NCBI GenBank assembly: GCA_964577515.1
Contig: CAZNZN010000004.1
Coordinates: forward strand, 1-50,081
DNA from: an uncultured Candidatus Saccharibacteria bacterium
Lineage (GTDB): Bacteria; Patescibacteriota; Minisyncoccia; Phycocordibacterales; UBA9973
Direction: 5' to 3'
DNA: 50,081 nt
The notes below the pieces were generated by a model that ran no database searches, had not been told where the DNA came from, and saw only the letters and a list, made by a program, of their open reading frames with translations. Below, piece by piece: positions 1 to 8,459 of this stretch. How positions within the stretch are numbered: position 1 is the stretch's first letter; every line of letters begins with the position of its first letter. Made by a program: the position numbers and the translations under genes.

Positions 1-2
1 AT

Positions 3-320
3 ATAAAGATACTCATTGCACATATCAACTTTGATGAATGGGATACTGAAAAGCACCACGCAACGCCAATGCAAAAAAGATTTGCGGCAATGCTGCTAGA
101 TGACCTGAAAGTAAGCGACGACTTCGGAAAACGCTCTCCTTTCAAAAGTATCCTCTTCCACGAAGGATGGATACGGCTCCAAAAATATAGCGAGCTGCTC
201 GAGTGGTGGAGAATAGCAGAAGACTTGCACCCACTGCTTTCTCGCCTTCTGGAACGACAAGTCAATGTCATCGACCTGCCAACCCGCCCGACAAACTATA
301 AGCACCCTTACCTTCCGTAA
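3..320 (+). CDS. 5'-partial small protein; member 1 of a three-copy tandem paralog family of unknown function
   Basis: The frame is open from the window edge, with no stop from nt 3. The C-terminal half aligns with the next two genes (ATPMQKRFAAMLLDDL / ATPLQKRIAEDLL / ASPEQRLIAEKLL, plus a conserved downstream Trp). A hairpin terminator follows. Confidence 0.6.
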   Translation: MKILIAHINFDEWDTEKHHATPMQKRFAAMLLDDLKVSDDFGKRSPFKSILFHEGWIRLQKYSELLEWWRIAEDLHPLLSRLLERQVNVIDLPTRPTNYKHPYLP

Positions 321-362
321 GGGGCTTTTCTTTTTGACTATATAGAAAAAACGTGTTATTTT
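305..362 (+). promoter_or_regulatory. Terminator-promoter cassette 1
   Basis: Hairpin CCCTTAC/GTAAGGG (305-323) with a T-run that runs into TTGACT (334-339). After 17 nt comes TGt-TATTTT (-10 at 357-362). The GTG start lies 18 nt after the -10. Confidence 0.55.
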
Positions 363-380
363 ATTGCAAAACTTGAACAC

Positions 381-806
381 GTGAAAAATCAAAACAACGC
401 CACGTTTACGTGGACGCCGGTGATCGGCAAACCGCATCAGACAACTCTGGTACAACACCTGCCAAAAAGTGTCTTGCAAAAAATGCTTGAGGCATTGCAA
501 AAGAAGAAAGTCCCTGAAACCATCCGTTTTGCAACAGGAAGGTTCAGAAGTGCGCAACTCTACACGAACAGCGCAACGCCGTTGCAAAAACGGATCGCTG
601 AGGACTTGTTGTCAACAGTGCACCCGCAGACAGGACGCACCTGCCTGAAGTATGTGTACTTCATGGGTGCAGACATCACCGTCGAACGTCTCAGTTCGGA
701 TATCGACTGGGGTAAAGTGCAGGACATCGTTCACATAGTGCTTGAAAAATACTATGAACAGGTGACCATCTTGCAAACAAACACTCTCACAAAAAACGTG
801 GCCTAA
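381..806 (+). CDS. Small protein, paralog family member 2 (unknown function), GTG start
   Basis: 141-aa ORF. It shares the N-terminal FTWTPV / FSWIFHP motif and the central ATPLQKRIAEDLL motif with the 891-1310 product. It has its own promoter and terminator. Confidence 0.65.
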   Translation: MKNQNNATFTWTPVIGKPHQTTLVQHLPKSVLQKMLEALQKKKVPETIRFATGRFRSAQLYTNSATPLQKRIAEDLLSTVHPQTGRTCLKYVYFMGADITVERLSSDIDWGKVQDIVHIVLEKYYEQVTILQTNTLTKNVA

Positions 807-814
807 AGTCCCTG

Positions 815-872
815 CCCTGATGCATAGTGCATCAGGGTATTTTTTGACAAAAAGTGTTTTACATAGTATTTT
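815..872 (+). promoter_or_regulatory. Terminator-promoter cassette 2
   Basis: Hairpin CCCTGATGCA-tag-TGCATCAGGG (815-837) with a T-run. TTGACA at 844-849, a 17-nt spacer, and TATTTT at 867-872. The ATG lies 18 nt after the -10. Confidence 0.65.
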
Positions 873-890
873 CAAAAAAAATCTTTCCCT

Positions 891-1310
891 ATGTTCCAGA
901 AAAAAAAGACTCCCCCGGCAGTGTTTTCATGGATATTCCATCCTGAAAACCCTTTAGAGATTTCCCTTGAGAGGAAATACACTATCACCTCACTAGAAGG
1001 TCTACGTGGTATTTTCTCAAGGAAAGACCCTATCGAGATGCGATTTCCACAACCGGTCTTTGCGTTGAGTGCAAAAAACACGCACATGGCTTCCCCCGAA
1101 CAGCGACTTATCGCTGAAAAACTTCTTGCTATCAAAAAAAGTGGCGGCGCAAGTCTTCTCCAGTATGTAGAGATACTTGGGCCAGTCATAACTGTACGGT
1201 GCATGGTCCCTAATACCCCGTGGTCAGAAACGACACAGTTGATAGAAGAAGAGTTTTCAAAGCTGTTCAACAAAAATATCCGTTTCAGCAACTCACCAGT
1301 TCCTCGATGA
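891..1310 (+). CDS. Small protein, paralog family member 3 (unknown function)
   Basis: 139-aa ORF. It aligns with members 1 and 2 (ASPEQRLIAEKLL..LLQYVEILGPVITVRCM vs CLKYVYFMGADITVERL). It ends in TGA and is followed by a terminator. Confidence 0.65.
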   Translation: MFQKKKTPPAVFSWIFHPENPLEISLERKYTITSLEGLRGIFSRKDPIEMRFPQPVFALSAKNTHMASPEQRLIAEKLLAIKKSGGASLLQYVEILGPVITVRCMVPNTPWSETTQLIEEEFSKLFNKNIRFSNSPVPR

Positions 1311-1317
1311 TCTCTTG

Positions 1318-1376
1318 CCCTATGACCAATCGTCATAGGGTATTTTTTTGACAAAAGAACAAAGAGACGGTAGTCT
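1318..1376 (+). promoter_or_regulatory. Terminator-promoter cassette 3
   Basis: Hairpin CCCTATGAC-caatc-GTCATAGGG (1318-1340) with a T-run. TTGACA at 1348-1353, a 17-nt spacer, and TAGTCT at 1371-1376. The ATG lies 18 nt after the -10. Confidence 0.55.
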
Positions 1377-1394
1377 GATAAAAAATCTTTTCGT

Positions 1395-1712
1395 ATGAAA
1401 AACATTCTTTTGACAGTATCATCACAAGCAGTTGTTGTTTCTGCCATTTTCTTGTTTGTCTTTCTAGTAGGAGCAGTATTTATTGCTGTAGAAGCAGGAA
1501 AAAAAGGGCTCATCTCTAAACACGAAGGAGAAAATGAGCCCTATATTAGGAGTATTATATTACTCGCACTCCTAATACTTCCCGGGGCCGTACTCTACTC
1601 ACAAGACTTTCCTTTCGCGATAGTCTTGTGCTACGTAGGCGCCAAGGCCATCCTTCTCTTGCTCGTGTACCTCGTTTACAGTGTCTTTTTTAGGAAAAAG
1701 GATATTGTTTAA
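1395..1712 (+). CDS. Small membrane protein (105 aa, 3 predicted TM segments, basic tail)
   Basis: Three hydrophobic segments and a C-terminal FFRKKDIV tail. It has its own promoter and terminator, and the same length and topology as the next gene. Confidence 0.6.
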   Translation: MKNILLTVSSQAVVVSAIFLFVFLVGAVFIAVEAGKKGLISKHEGENEPYIRSIILLALLILPGAVLYSQDFPFAIVLCYVGAKAILLLLVYLVYSVFFRKKDIV

Positions 1713-1720
1713 GAAATCTT

Positions 1721-1778
1721 ATGCCGTCGTCACAACGATGGCATTTATTTTTGACAAAAGAAAAAAATCACGTAAAGT
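1721..1778 (+). promoter_or_regulatory. Terminator-promoter cassette 4
   Basis: Hairpin ATGCCGTCG/CGATGGCAT (1721-1744, one G.U pair) with a T-run. TTGACA at 1751-1756, a 16-nt spacer, and TAAAGT at 1773-1778. The ATG lies 18 nt after the -10. Confidence 0.5.
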
Positions 1779-1796
1779 TAGCAAAAACCGTTACAC

Positions 1797-2114
1797 ATGG
1801 CAACCATTATCTTAGTACTTGCGGCGCTATGTGTTATCGTCGCTGTTGTTTGCACAGTAGAGCACGCTGACATCATAGCAAGAGCTGCTCGTCCACTGCA
1901 CCCTGTCATCAAAAGGAGTGCGAAAAGATATATCAAAGTAGGAGCAACTGCTGGGCTGATCGGCACACTGCTTACACTCCTTCGAGCACTACTACAAGGA
2001 CACCCACTGGCAGAGTATTTTGCACTACCAGTACTCCTCTATAAGATATTTTTTATTCCTGGACTGTGGCTGATAAGCTATGTATTCCGTTCAAAAAAGA
2101 AAAAATCCTCCTGA
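1797..2114 (+). CDS. Small membrane protein (105 aa, 3 predicted TM segments, basic tail)
   Basis: Hydrophobic segments and a C-terminal RSKKKKSS tail. Same size and topology as the 1395-1712 product. Confidence 0.55.
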   Translation: MATIILVLAALCVIVAVVCTVEHADIIARAARPLHPVIKRSAKRYIKVGATAGLIGTLLTLLRALLQGHPLAEYFALPVLLYKIFFIPGLWLISYVFRSKKKKSS

Positions 2115-2133
2115 CACACAGGAGGACTTTTTT
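2106..2133. terminator. Bidirectional intrinsic terminator
   Basis: TCCTCCTG-acaca-CAGGAGGA flanked by an A-run and a T-run. It lies between the convergent 1797-2114 gene and murG. Confidence 0.7.
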
Positions 2134-3259
2134 ATTTCTCGTGCTCGAGTGCTATCTTGATAGCCTCTACTGCTATTTCTCTTGCTGCATCAGGTTTGAA
2201 AAACGCTTTTGCATGAGCCGCCATAGCATCATAGTGATCTTTGTGATCAAGAATAGTTTCTATCTCACTCATGAGTACTGAAGGAGTAAGGTTCATCTCT
2301 TCTATTACAGTACATGCCCCACTACGCGCATAGTGATACGCGTTTTTTCTTTGATGATCACCGTGTGCAGCAGCATATGGGATAAGGATAGACGGCTTCC
2401 CCCATGCAGCAATCTCAAAGAGCGATGAGCCTGATCGCCCAATGATAATGTCTGCAGCACCTCCGAGCATTTTGGTCTCAAGCTCATTGAGAAATGCGTA
2501 GGGCTTATACCGTGTACGATGTGTATCATCCCCAAGGATCACCCCCACATCACTTTTCACTTCTTCAAAATTTTTATCTCCTGTCTGGTGAATGACTTGG
2601 TATTTTTTCAACAAATCAGGGAGGATACGGGTAATGACCTCGTTGATAACACGAGCACCTTGAGAACCTGCAAAGATTCCTATCGTAGGAATACTTGGAT
2701 CAATATCAAAAAATGATGCTGCTCCTTCTCGTGCAGCACCTGCCACAGAACGACGCACTGGTTGTCCTGTCACTGAAACACGTGTAGAGTCAAAATACGT
2801 TGCCGCTTCAGGGAAAGAAAGTGCTACTTTTCGTGCAAATTTTCCCGCCCATATGTTCACCCGACCAGGCACAGTGTCAGACTCATGAATCACCACAGGG
2901 ATTCGTAAGAGTCGAGCAGCAAAAAGCATAGGAAAGCTCACATACCCACCCTTACTGATCACTACGTCTGGATAAATAGAAAAAAGTCGTACCAGCGCAC
3001 CAAGAACTCCGAACCCTGTCTTGAAGACATCAAGAAAATTTTGAAAAGAAAAATATACGCGCAACTTCCCTGCAGTCACCGGAACAAACGTAATAAACAT
3101 ACGATCAAGTGCAGCCTGATCATACGGCTTGTCAGACGCAAAGTACATTTTAAATTTGATAAATCGCTCTTCGTCTGCAATACGATTGAGCTCTTCGGCA
3201 ATAGCAAAAAGCGGGTATATGTGCCCACCGGTCCCTCCTCCTGTCAGTAGTATCTTCAT
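2132..3259 (-). CDS. murG: UDP-GlcNAc:undecaprenyl-PP-MurNAc-pentapeptide GlcNAc transferase
   Basis: N-terminal G-loop LLTGGGTGGHIYPLFAIAEEL and the C-terminal GRSGSSLFEIAAWGKPSILIPY motif. Gene order is murG-ftsW-mraY. The start was moved to MKILLTGGG because the 14 upstream codons overlap ftsW. Confidence 0.93.
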   Translation of the reverse strand: MKILLTGGGTGGHIYPLFAIAEELNRIADEERFIKFKMYFASDKPYDQAALDRMFITFVPVTAGKLRVYFSFQNFLDVFKTGFGVLGALVRLFSIYPDVVISKGGYVSFPMLFAARLLRIPVVIHESDTVPGRVNIWAGKFARKVALSFPEAATYFDSTRVSVTGQPVRRSVAGAAREGAASFFDIDPSIPTIGIFAGSQGARVINEVITRILPDLLKKYQVIHQTGDKNFEEVKSDVGVILGDDTHRTRYKPYAFLNELETKMLGGAADIIIGRSGSSLFEIAAWGKPSILIPYAAAHGDHQRKNAYHYARSGACTVIEEMNLTPSVLMSEIETILDHKDHYDAMAAHAKAFFKPDAAREIAVEAIKIALEHEK

Positions 3260-3269
3260 ATAGTCCGTA

Positions 3270-4397
3270 TTATACCGCTTTCTTTTCGTAGCGAGAAACA
3301 TTTAAAATAATCCCCACTGAAGCAAGGGCAATGGCAAGCGATGTCCCTCCGTGGCTAATAAACACGAGCGGTACTCCTGTAAGTGGAAAGAGTCCTACCA
3401 GAGAGAGGATGTTGAGAAATGATTGTGCAGTGAGTAAGGTCACAAGCCCCACGACAAGATACCGAGAAAAGGTGTCTGGCGCACGAAGCGCTATCTTGAA
3501 ACCGCGGATAGCAAAAAAAACATACAAGATGACGAGGATTGTTGAACCGACAAACCCAAACTCTTCGCCAATCACTGCAAAGATAGAGTCTCCTTGTGGT
3601 TCAGGAAGATAGCTAAATTTCTGAACACTCTGACCAAGGCCACGACCAAATACTCCTCCGGACCCTACAGCGATAAGCGATTGTTGGAGCTGGTATGAAG
3701 CTCCTCGAGGGTCCGCGCTAGGATCTATAAATGTTTTGATACGGTCCATCACATAAGGGCGAACGTAGGCAAGCACTCCCACGACGACAATCCCTAGCAC
3801 TATCACTCCCACTACCTTTTTCCATGACACACCAGAGACAAAGAGTATGCCACACGCTGCAGCAGTAGAAAGGATCAGACTTTTTGTGTCAGGCTGAAAA
3901 AGCAGCGCAGCAGCGACGATACCAAGAAGGACAACGAGCGGCAAAATCTTGAACAGAAACTCCCCTTCCTTTTTTCGCGTCCAGGCAAGCCATGCAGAGA
4001 AATACATAACAAACGCAACTTTCAAAAATTCAGCTGGCTGAAACTGCAGAGGACCGATAGAAATCCATCGTCGTGCACCCCCGTGTTCAAAGCCTAGCCC
4101 AGGAATAAAAACCGCGAGTGTGACTAAGAGTGCTGCAAGAAAAAAATAAAACGAATACGCACGCCAAAATGTGTACGGGATCAGTGAGCATATCCACAAC
4201 AGTAAAAATCCTCCGACAAGTCCAAAGACTACTTGATTGAACAATACTCCGTAAAACTTCGTCTCACTCTTTGCCAAAATACCGAGTGATGCAGAAATAA
4301 AAGAAAGCAGCCCAATACCAGCAATCACTGAAACAATCCAAAAGAAATACCGATCAAATGGTTTTTGTTTTTGAGCAAAAGCAAGAAATCGCTGCAT
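3270..4397 (-). CDS. ftsW: SEDS-family peptidoglycan polymerase FtsW/RodA
   Basis: Polytopic membrane protein with EPQGDSIFAVIGEEFGFVGS and ISHGGTS motifs. Sits in a dcw-cluster context. Confidence 0.9.
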   Translation of the reverse strand: MQRFLAFAQKQKPFDRYFFWIVSVIAGIGLLSFISASLGILAKSETKFYGVLFNQVVFGLVGGFLLLWICSLIPYTFWRAYSFYFFLAALLVTLAVFIPGLGFEHGGARRWISIGPLQFQPAEFLKVAFVMYFSAWLAWTRKKEGEFLFKILPLVVLLGIVAAALLFQPDTKSLILSTAAACGILFVSGVSWKKVVGVIVLGIVVVGVLAYVRPYVMDRIKTFIDPSADPRGASYQLQQSLIAVGSGGVFGRGLGQSVQKFSYLPEPQGDSIFAVIGEEFGFVGSTILVILYVFFAIRGFKIALRAPDTFSRYLVVGLVTLLTAQSFLNILSLVGLFPLTGVPLVFISHGGTSLAIALASVGIILNVSRYEKKAV

Positions 4398-4412
4398 GAT
4401 ACGTGTGCCCTC

Positions 4413-5474
4413 CTAACTAATAAGCGCAAGTACAACCCCCATAATCGCACAAATGATAGACACGACCCAGTACCGCATGACAACTTTTTCTCGAGGCCAT
4501 CCAAGTGCGTGAAAGTGATGATGCAGTGGAGCTATTTTAAACACACGGCGCTTTCCAAAATACTTGTAGCTTGTGATTTGAATAATGTTTGAGGCAGTAG
4601 TTGCTGCAAGTGGAAGTGCAATGAGCGGAAGCAGTAGTACCGTGTCAGTGAGGAATGCAAAAACAGTCAACACCACCAAGAGTCCTAGTATCCCTGTTTC
4701 CCCCATATAAAATCGCGCAGGAGGAATGTTAAACCATAAAAATGCGAGAATCGCTCCAGAGAGTACGGCAGAGAGTGCTGCTATATCGACAAGGTTTTTG
4801 CCGTATGCAATCACTGAGTAGGCACCGAAAATAATCGCCAACACTCCCCCAGCAAGCCCATCCATACCATCAATAACACTTCCTGAGAACACCGCGACAA
4901 GTACTACGATGAAAAACGGGACAAAAAGAGCGCCAAGATAGAGCTCTGTTCCGGCAAAAGGAATCGCAACACCATGCATTCCAAGCTTGTGATAAAACCA
5001 TAGCCCAATCAAAAGCCCTATCCCCACCACTGCTGCTATTTTGATATACCGATCACTGATCTTATCGAGCGCACCACGTATTTGCGCAGCATCATCAATA
5101 AGTCCTATACCAGCGCCAAGAAGAAGTGCAGCAAGAGGGACAAGTGTCTGCCCTCGACTCAAGAAGTCGAGCTTGCTTGAAACATCAGAAGGAAACACTT
5201 TTGAAATGATCCACATGATAAGTATAGAAAGTGTCACCGAAAGCCAGATAATCACCCCGCCCACTCGAGGAGTAGAAGTTTCTGCTACAGCGTTACTTAC
5301 TTTTGAAAAATCTTGGTTGGTGATACCTTCGTTTTCTACACGCTTCTTCTTTTTCCAAAGTTTATATTTGTACATGTAGTGCGTAAGACGCGGAGTGAGC
5401 AATATCCCTATCGCAAATGTCAGTGCGGTAGGAAGAAAGATTTTTACAACATTTAACATCATAAGGTTACTCAT
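4413..5474 (-). CDS. mraY: Phospho-N-acetylmuramoyl-pentapeptide transferase
   Basis: Motifs GLIDDAAQIRG, IDGMDGLAGG and KIAPLHHHF. 353 aa and polytopic. Confidence 0.93.
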   Translation of the reverse strand: MSNLMMLNVVKIFLPTALTFAIGILLTPRLTHYMYKYKLWKKKKRVENEGITNQDFSKVSNAVAETSTPRVGGVIIWLSVTLSILIMWIISKVFPSDVSSKLDFLSRGQTLVPLAALLLGAGIGLIDDAAQIRGALDKISDRYIKIAAVVGIGLLIGLWFYHKLGMHGVAIPFAGTELYLGALFVPFFIVVLVAVFSGSVIDGMDGLAGGVLAIIFGAYSVIAYGKNLVDIAALSAVLSGAILAFLWFNIPPARFYMGETGILGLLVVLTVFAFLTDTVLLLPLIALPLAATTASNIIQITSYKYFGKRRVFKIAPLHHHFHALGWPREKVVMRYWVVSIICAIMGVVLALIS

Positions 5475-6012
5475 TGGTACTGTCGGTAGATTCTTTTTGT
5501 ACTAATAATGTTTCGATTTTGGTGCTCGTTGCGGTGTATTCTGGTAAATCTTCGACACGTGCAACACCAAAGTGCTCAAGTGTCTGGAGTGTCGGATAGT
5601 ATCCTACTGCGCGTCCAGTACCACGCGCCTCAATAAGCCCACGCATCGCAAGCGCGCGAAGTGAGTAGGAAGCGTTCACCCCACGAATAAACTCTATCTG
5701 TGCTTTTGATACTCCTCCGTGATACGTGATGATAGCCAGTGTCTCTGCACTTGCCTTTGAAAGCTCTTTTGAGAGTTCTTCCTTTCGAATAGCTTCAATG
5801 AGTACGCTATGCTCTGGACGAGTAGCAAGAGCAACCTCGTCTCCTTCTCGGACGAGCATCATGGCATGATCATCAAGTGATGATGCAAGTGTTGTCAGTG
5901 CTTCATCTATCTCTTGCTCTGAAACATCCAAACGAGATGCGAGCGATTTGACGCTGTACGGATCAGCGGTAGCAAAAAGAAGTGCTTCGATTTTTTGTGT
6001 AATAGTAGACAT
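5467..6012 (-). CDS. scpB: Segregation and condensation protein B
   Basis: IEALLFATADPYSVKSLA and SKASAETLAIITYHGGVSKAQIEFIRGV motifs. Lies immediately downstream of scpA. Confidence 0.88.
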   Translation of the reverse strand: MSTITQKIEALLFATADPYSVKSLASRLDVSEQEIDEALTTLASSLDDHAMMLVREGDEVALATRPEHSVLIEAIRKEELSKELSKASAETLAIITYHGGVSKAQIEFIRGVNASYSLRALAMRGLIEARGTGRAVGYYPTLQTLEHFGVARVEDLPEYTATSTKIETLLVQKESTDSTNE

Positions 6013-6017
6013 ACTGT

Positions 6018-6776
6018 TTATGACTGTTCAGCCTCAATCGAAGGTTCATACTTTTGCAGCTGAATATCACCAAACGATGCTTCTTGTTCAGCCTGCACGA
6101 ACCCTCGACGAACTAACTCAAGCATACCAAGGAATGAGACAATCACATAGACTTTTTTGCTTTTATCATCTGCGTCAGGAGAATGTACCACGATATCTTT
6201 GAAGCTTACCGAAAGCGCTTTCTGTATACGGTCATGGAGTGTATCGAGGACCTCCGCGATGGAGATGGTCTTAAATACGCGAGCCTCTGGTTTCTTTGGT
6301 GCAGGAGGTGGTACGCGGAGGACTGCCCCATCGACAAGTGCTGCAAGCATGGCAGTAGAGAGTGTGGGGTCAGGAGCAAAGACAGTCCCACTCATGCGAG
6401 GAACTCCTTCAAATGCTATCTTCTTCCCGTACTTTTGTATGAGCCACCGTGAGGCTTCGGAGACCACCTGATAGAGCGCAACTCGGCGCTCAAGGTCAGA
6501 AATAGAAGCAGACTCTTCAGTAGTAAGCTCGAGGTTTGGAAGGAGAGAACGTGCTTTGATGAGAAGCAATGTCGCTGCTACAGAAAGAAACGATGCTACA
6601 TGCTCAGGATGCATCCCTTTACTTTGAATATATGCAATAAAATCATCTGTAACAGAAGCAAGCGAAATATCGTTCACAAATAATTTGCGCTTTTCAATAA
6701 GTTCGAGCAGGACCTCAATCGGCCCCTCAAACTGGTCGTGCTTCACTTGAAACTGTACAGTGGCCATATCCTCCAT
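6018..6776 (-). CDS. scpA: Segregation and condensation protein A
   Basis: FEGPIEVLLELIEKRKLFVNDISLASVTDDF motif. The ORF-track start (a TTG at 6797) overlaps a TATACT -10 element, so ATG 6776 (MEDMATV) is preferred. The exact start is uncertain. Confidence 0.85.
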   Translation of the reverse strand: MEDMATVQFQVKHDQFEGPIEVLLELIEKRKLFVNDISLASVTDDFIAYIQSKGMHPEHVASFLSVAATLLLIKARSLLPNLELTTEESASISDLERRVALYQVVSEASRWLIQKYGKKIAFEGVPRMSGTVFAPDPTLSTAMLAALVDGAVLRVPPPAPKKPEARVFKTISIAEVLDTLHDRIQKALSVSFKDIVVHSPDADDKSKKVYVIVSFLGMLELVRRGFVQAEQEASFGDIQLQKYEPSIEAEQS

Positions 6777-6794
6777 ATACTCGGTACAGTATAA

Positions 6795-6823
6795 CAAAAA
6801 AGCCTCATATAGGGGCTTTTTTG
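6795..6823. terminator. Hairpin terminator after aspS
   Basis: AAAAA-AGCCTC-atata-GGGGCT-TTTTT. There is one mismatch on the minus strand. Confidence 0.5.
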
Positions 6824-6859
6824 TTATTTCTTTTACCGCTCGTTGCTCGGTAGATGTGG

Positions 6860-8290
6860 TTATTTCATTCCCTTATCTATTTTCTTGAGAACGAGGTGAA
6901 GTTCATCGAGTTGTTTATCCGCAACTGGTGACGGTGAGACCATCATAGGGTCCTTACCCTCTCCTGTCTTTGGAAATGCGATCACTTCACGAATATTTGG
7001 TTCGTTCAAGAGAAGCATGAGGAAACGATCAAGCCCCCATGCAATACCGCCGTGTGGAGGTGTCCCTGTCTTAAACGCATGCAACATGTGGCCGAAGTTC
7101 GCTTCGATGTTTTCCATACTGTGTCCGAGGATTTCAAAAACTTTTGAGAGTGCTTCATAGTTGTGGTTTCGAATTGATCCTCCTCCTATTTCATACCCGT
7201 TCAGACAGATGTCGTACTGAGTGGTGAGAATACTTCCGATATCTTTTTTCTCCATGAGGTTCACCATATGTTCTGGAATAGGTCGAGAAAATGGATTGTG
7301 TGTATAGGTCCACGCACCAGTTGCGTCAGGGTTGTCACTCTTTTCGGTTGCTTCAAAGAATGGGAAGTCTACAATCCAGCAAAATGCGAGGAGGTTCGGA
7401 TCGTTCTTGTCTTCACGAATGTCTGGTCGATCGTTGCCGTACTTTTCCATTGATTCTTTGTACGAGATACGAGGAAACGGTATCTGTTGAATGCGTTTTT
7501 CTGGGAAAAGCTTTGTCACGATATCGATAAGGAGCGCTTCGTTGACTGCCATGACATCATCACGTTCGACAAAGCTCATCTCCATATCAAGCTGAGTAAA
7601 CTCTGGCTGACGATCCCCACGCGTATCTTCGTCGCGCATACACTTTGCAACCTGGAAGTATCGCTCTACACCACCTGCCATGAGTAGTTGTTTGTATTGT
7701 TGTGGAGACTGCGGAAGTGCATAAAAGTTCCCTGGATAAAGTCGTGATGGCACAATGTAGTCACGAGCACCTTCAGGGGTACTCTTGGTAAGTATCGGGG
7801 TTTCTACTTCGATAAACTTTTCTTTTTGCAAGAAATCACGCGCGTGTTTGATCACTGCATCACGAGCACGGATATTGCGTTGCATACGCGCACTACGCAA
7901 ATCAAGATACCGATACTTAAGTCGAGTTTCTTCACCTACGTCTTTTGTATCGACATTGATTTCAAATGGAAGTGGCTCTGCATGATTGAGTACGGTGATA
8001 GTAGTCACCTCGAGTTCAATGTCACCATTTTGTTTGTCAGCGACCACGTTGCGCTCAGGACGTTTGTTGACGATACCCTCCACTGCGACTACTGACTCTG
8101 GTCGACAGGTTTTTGCTATTTCTATTACTTCTGCGCGATTTGGGAGTACAACCCCTTGGATAGTGCCGGTCATGTCTCGAAAATCAAAAAAGACCATTTT
8201 ACCCTGATCACGACGTACGTCTACCCACCCTTTGATGAGCACTGTTTCCGTCGCTTTTTGTGTTAAATCTCCTATATATGTACGTTGCAT
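6860..8290 (-). CDS. aspS: Aspartyl-tRNA synthetase, bacterial type but without the GAD insertion domain
   Basis: FYALPQSPQQYKQLLM and FRDEDTRGDRQPEFTQLDMEMSF (class II motif 2), plus GGGSIR. The start is set to MQRTYIGDL (8290) because 8291-8314 lies inside the T-box terminator and U-tract. Confidence 0.93.
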   Translation of the reverse strand: MQRTYIGDLTQKATETVLIKGWVDVRRDQGKMVFFDFRDMTGTIQGVVLPNRAEVIEIAKTCRPESVVAVEGIVNKRPERNVVADKQNGDIELEVTTITVLNHAEPLPFEINVDTKDVGEETRLKYRYLDLRSARMQRNIRARDAVIKHARDFLQKEKFIEVETPILTKSTPEGARDYIVPSRLYPGNFYALPQSPQQYKQLLMAGGVERYFQVAKCMRDEDTRGDRQPEFTQLDMEMSFVERDDVMAVNEALLIDIVTKLFPEKRIQQIPFPRISYKESMEKYGNDRPDIREDKNDPNLLAFCWIVDFPFFEATEKSDNPDATGAWTYTHNPFSRPIPEHMVNLMEKKDIGSILTTQYDICLNGYEIGGGSIRNHNYEALSKVFEILGHSMENIEANFGHMLHAFKTGTPPHGGIAWGLDRFLMLLLNEPNIREVIAFPKTGEGKDPMMVSPSPVADKQLDELHLVLKKIDKGMK

Positions 8291-8455
8291 TTTTTTGAGA
8301 GAGAAGAGATACAAAAGCGCACCTCTTCGAACTTAATGAGTAATGTAAGTTCGCAGGGGCGATTCATACGAACCGCGGTGCCACCCTACTTTTGTCTCTT
8401 GCATCCATACGTCACCTCCCCGTTGTTAGTGGTTCACAGGTTCTGTATGTATCGT
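8291..8455 (-). promoter_or_regulatory. T-box riboswitch leader of aspS (Asp specifier GAC)
   Basis: Minus-strand AGGGUGGCACCGCGG corresponds to plus 8373-8387. The antiterminator folds as AGGG, a 7-nt bulge UGGCACC, GCGGUUC-GUAU-GAAUCGC, then CCCU. GAC (8413-8411) lies directly 5' of the GUAUG strand that pairs with upstream CAUAC. A competing helix CGCCCCUGCGAACUUA/UAAGUUCGAAGAGGUG is followed by CGCUUUUGUAU. Confidence 0.8.
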
Positions 8456-8459
8456 TCCC

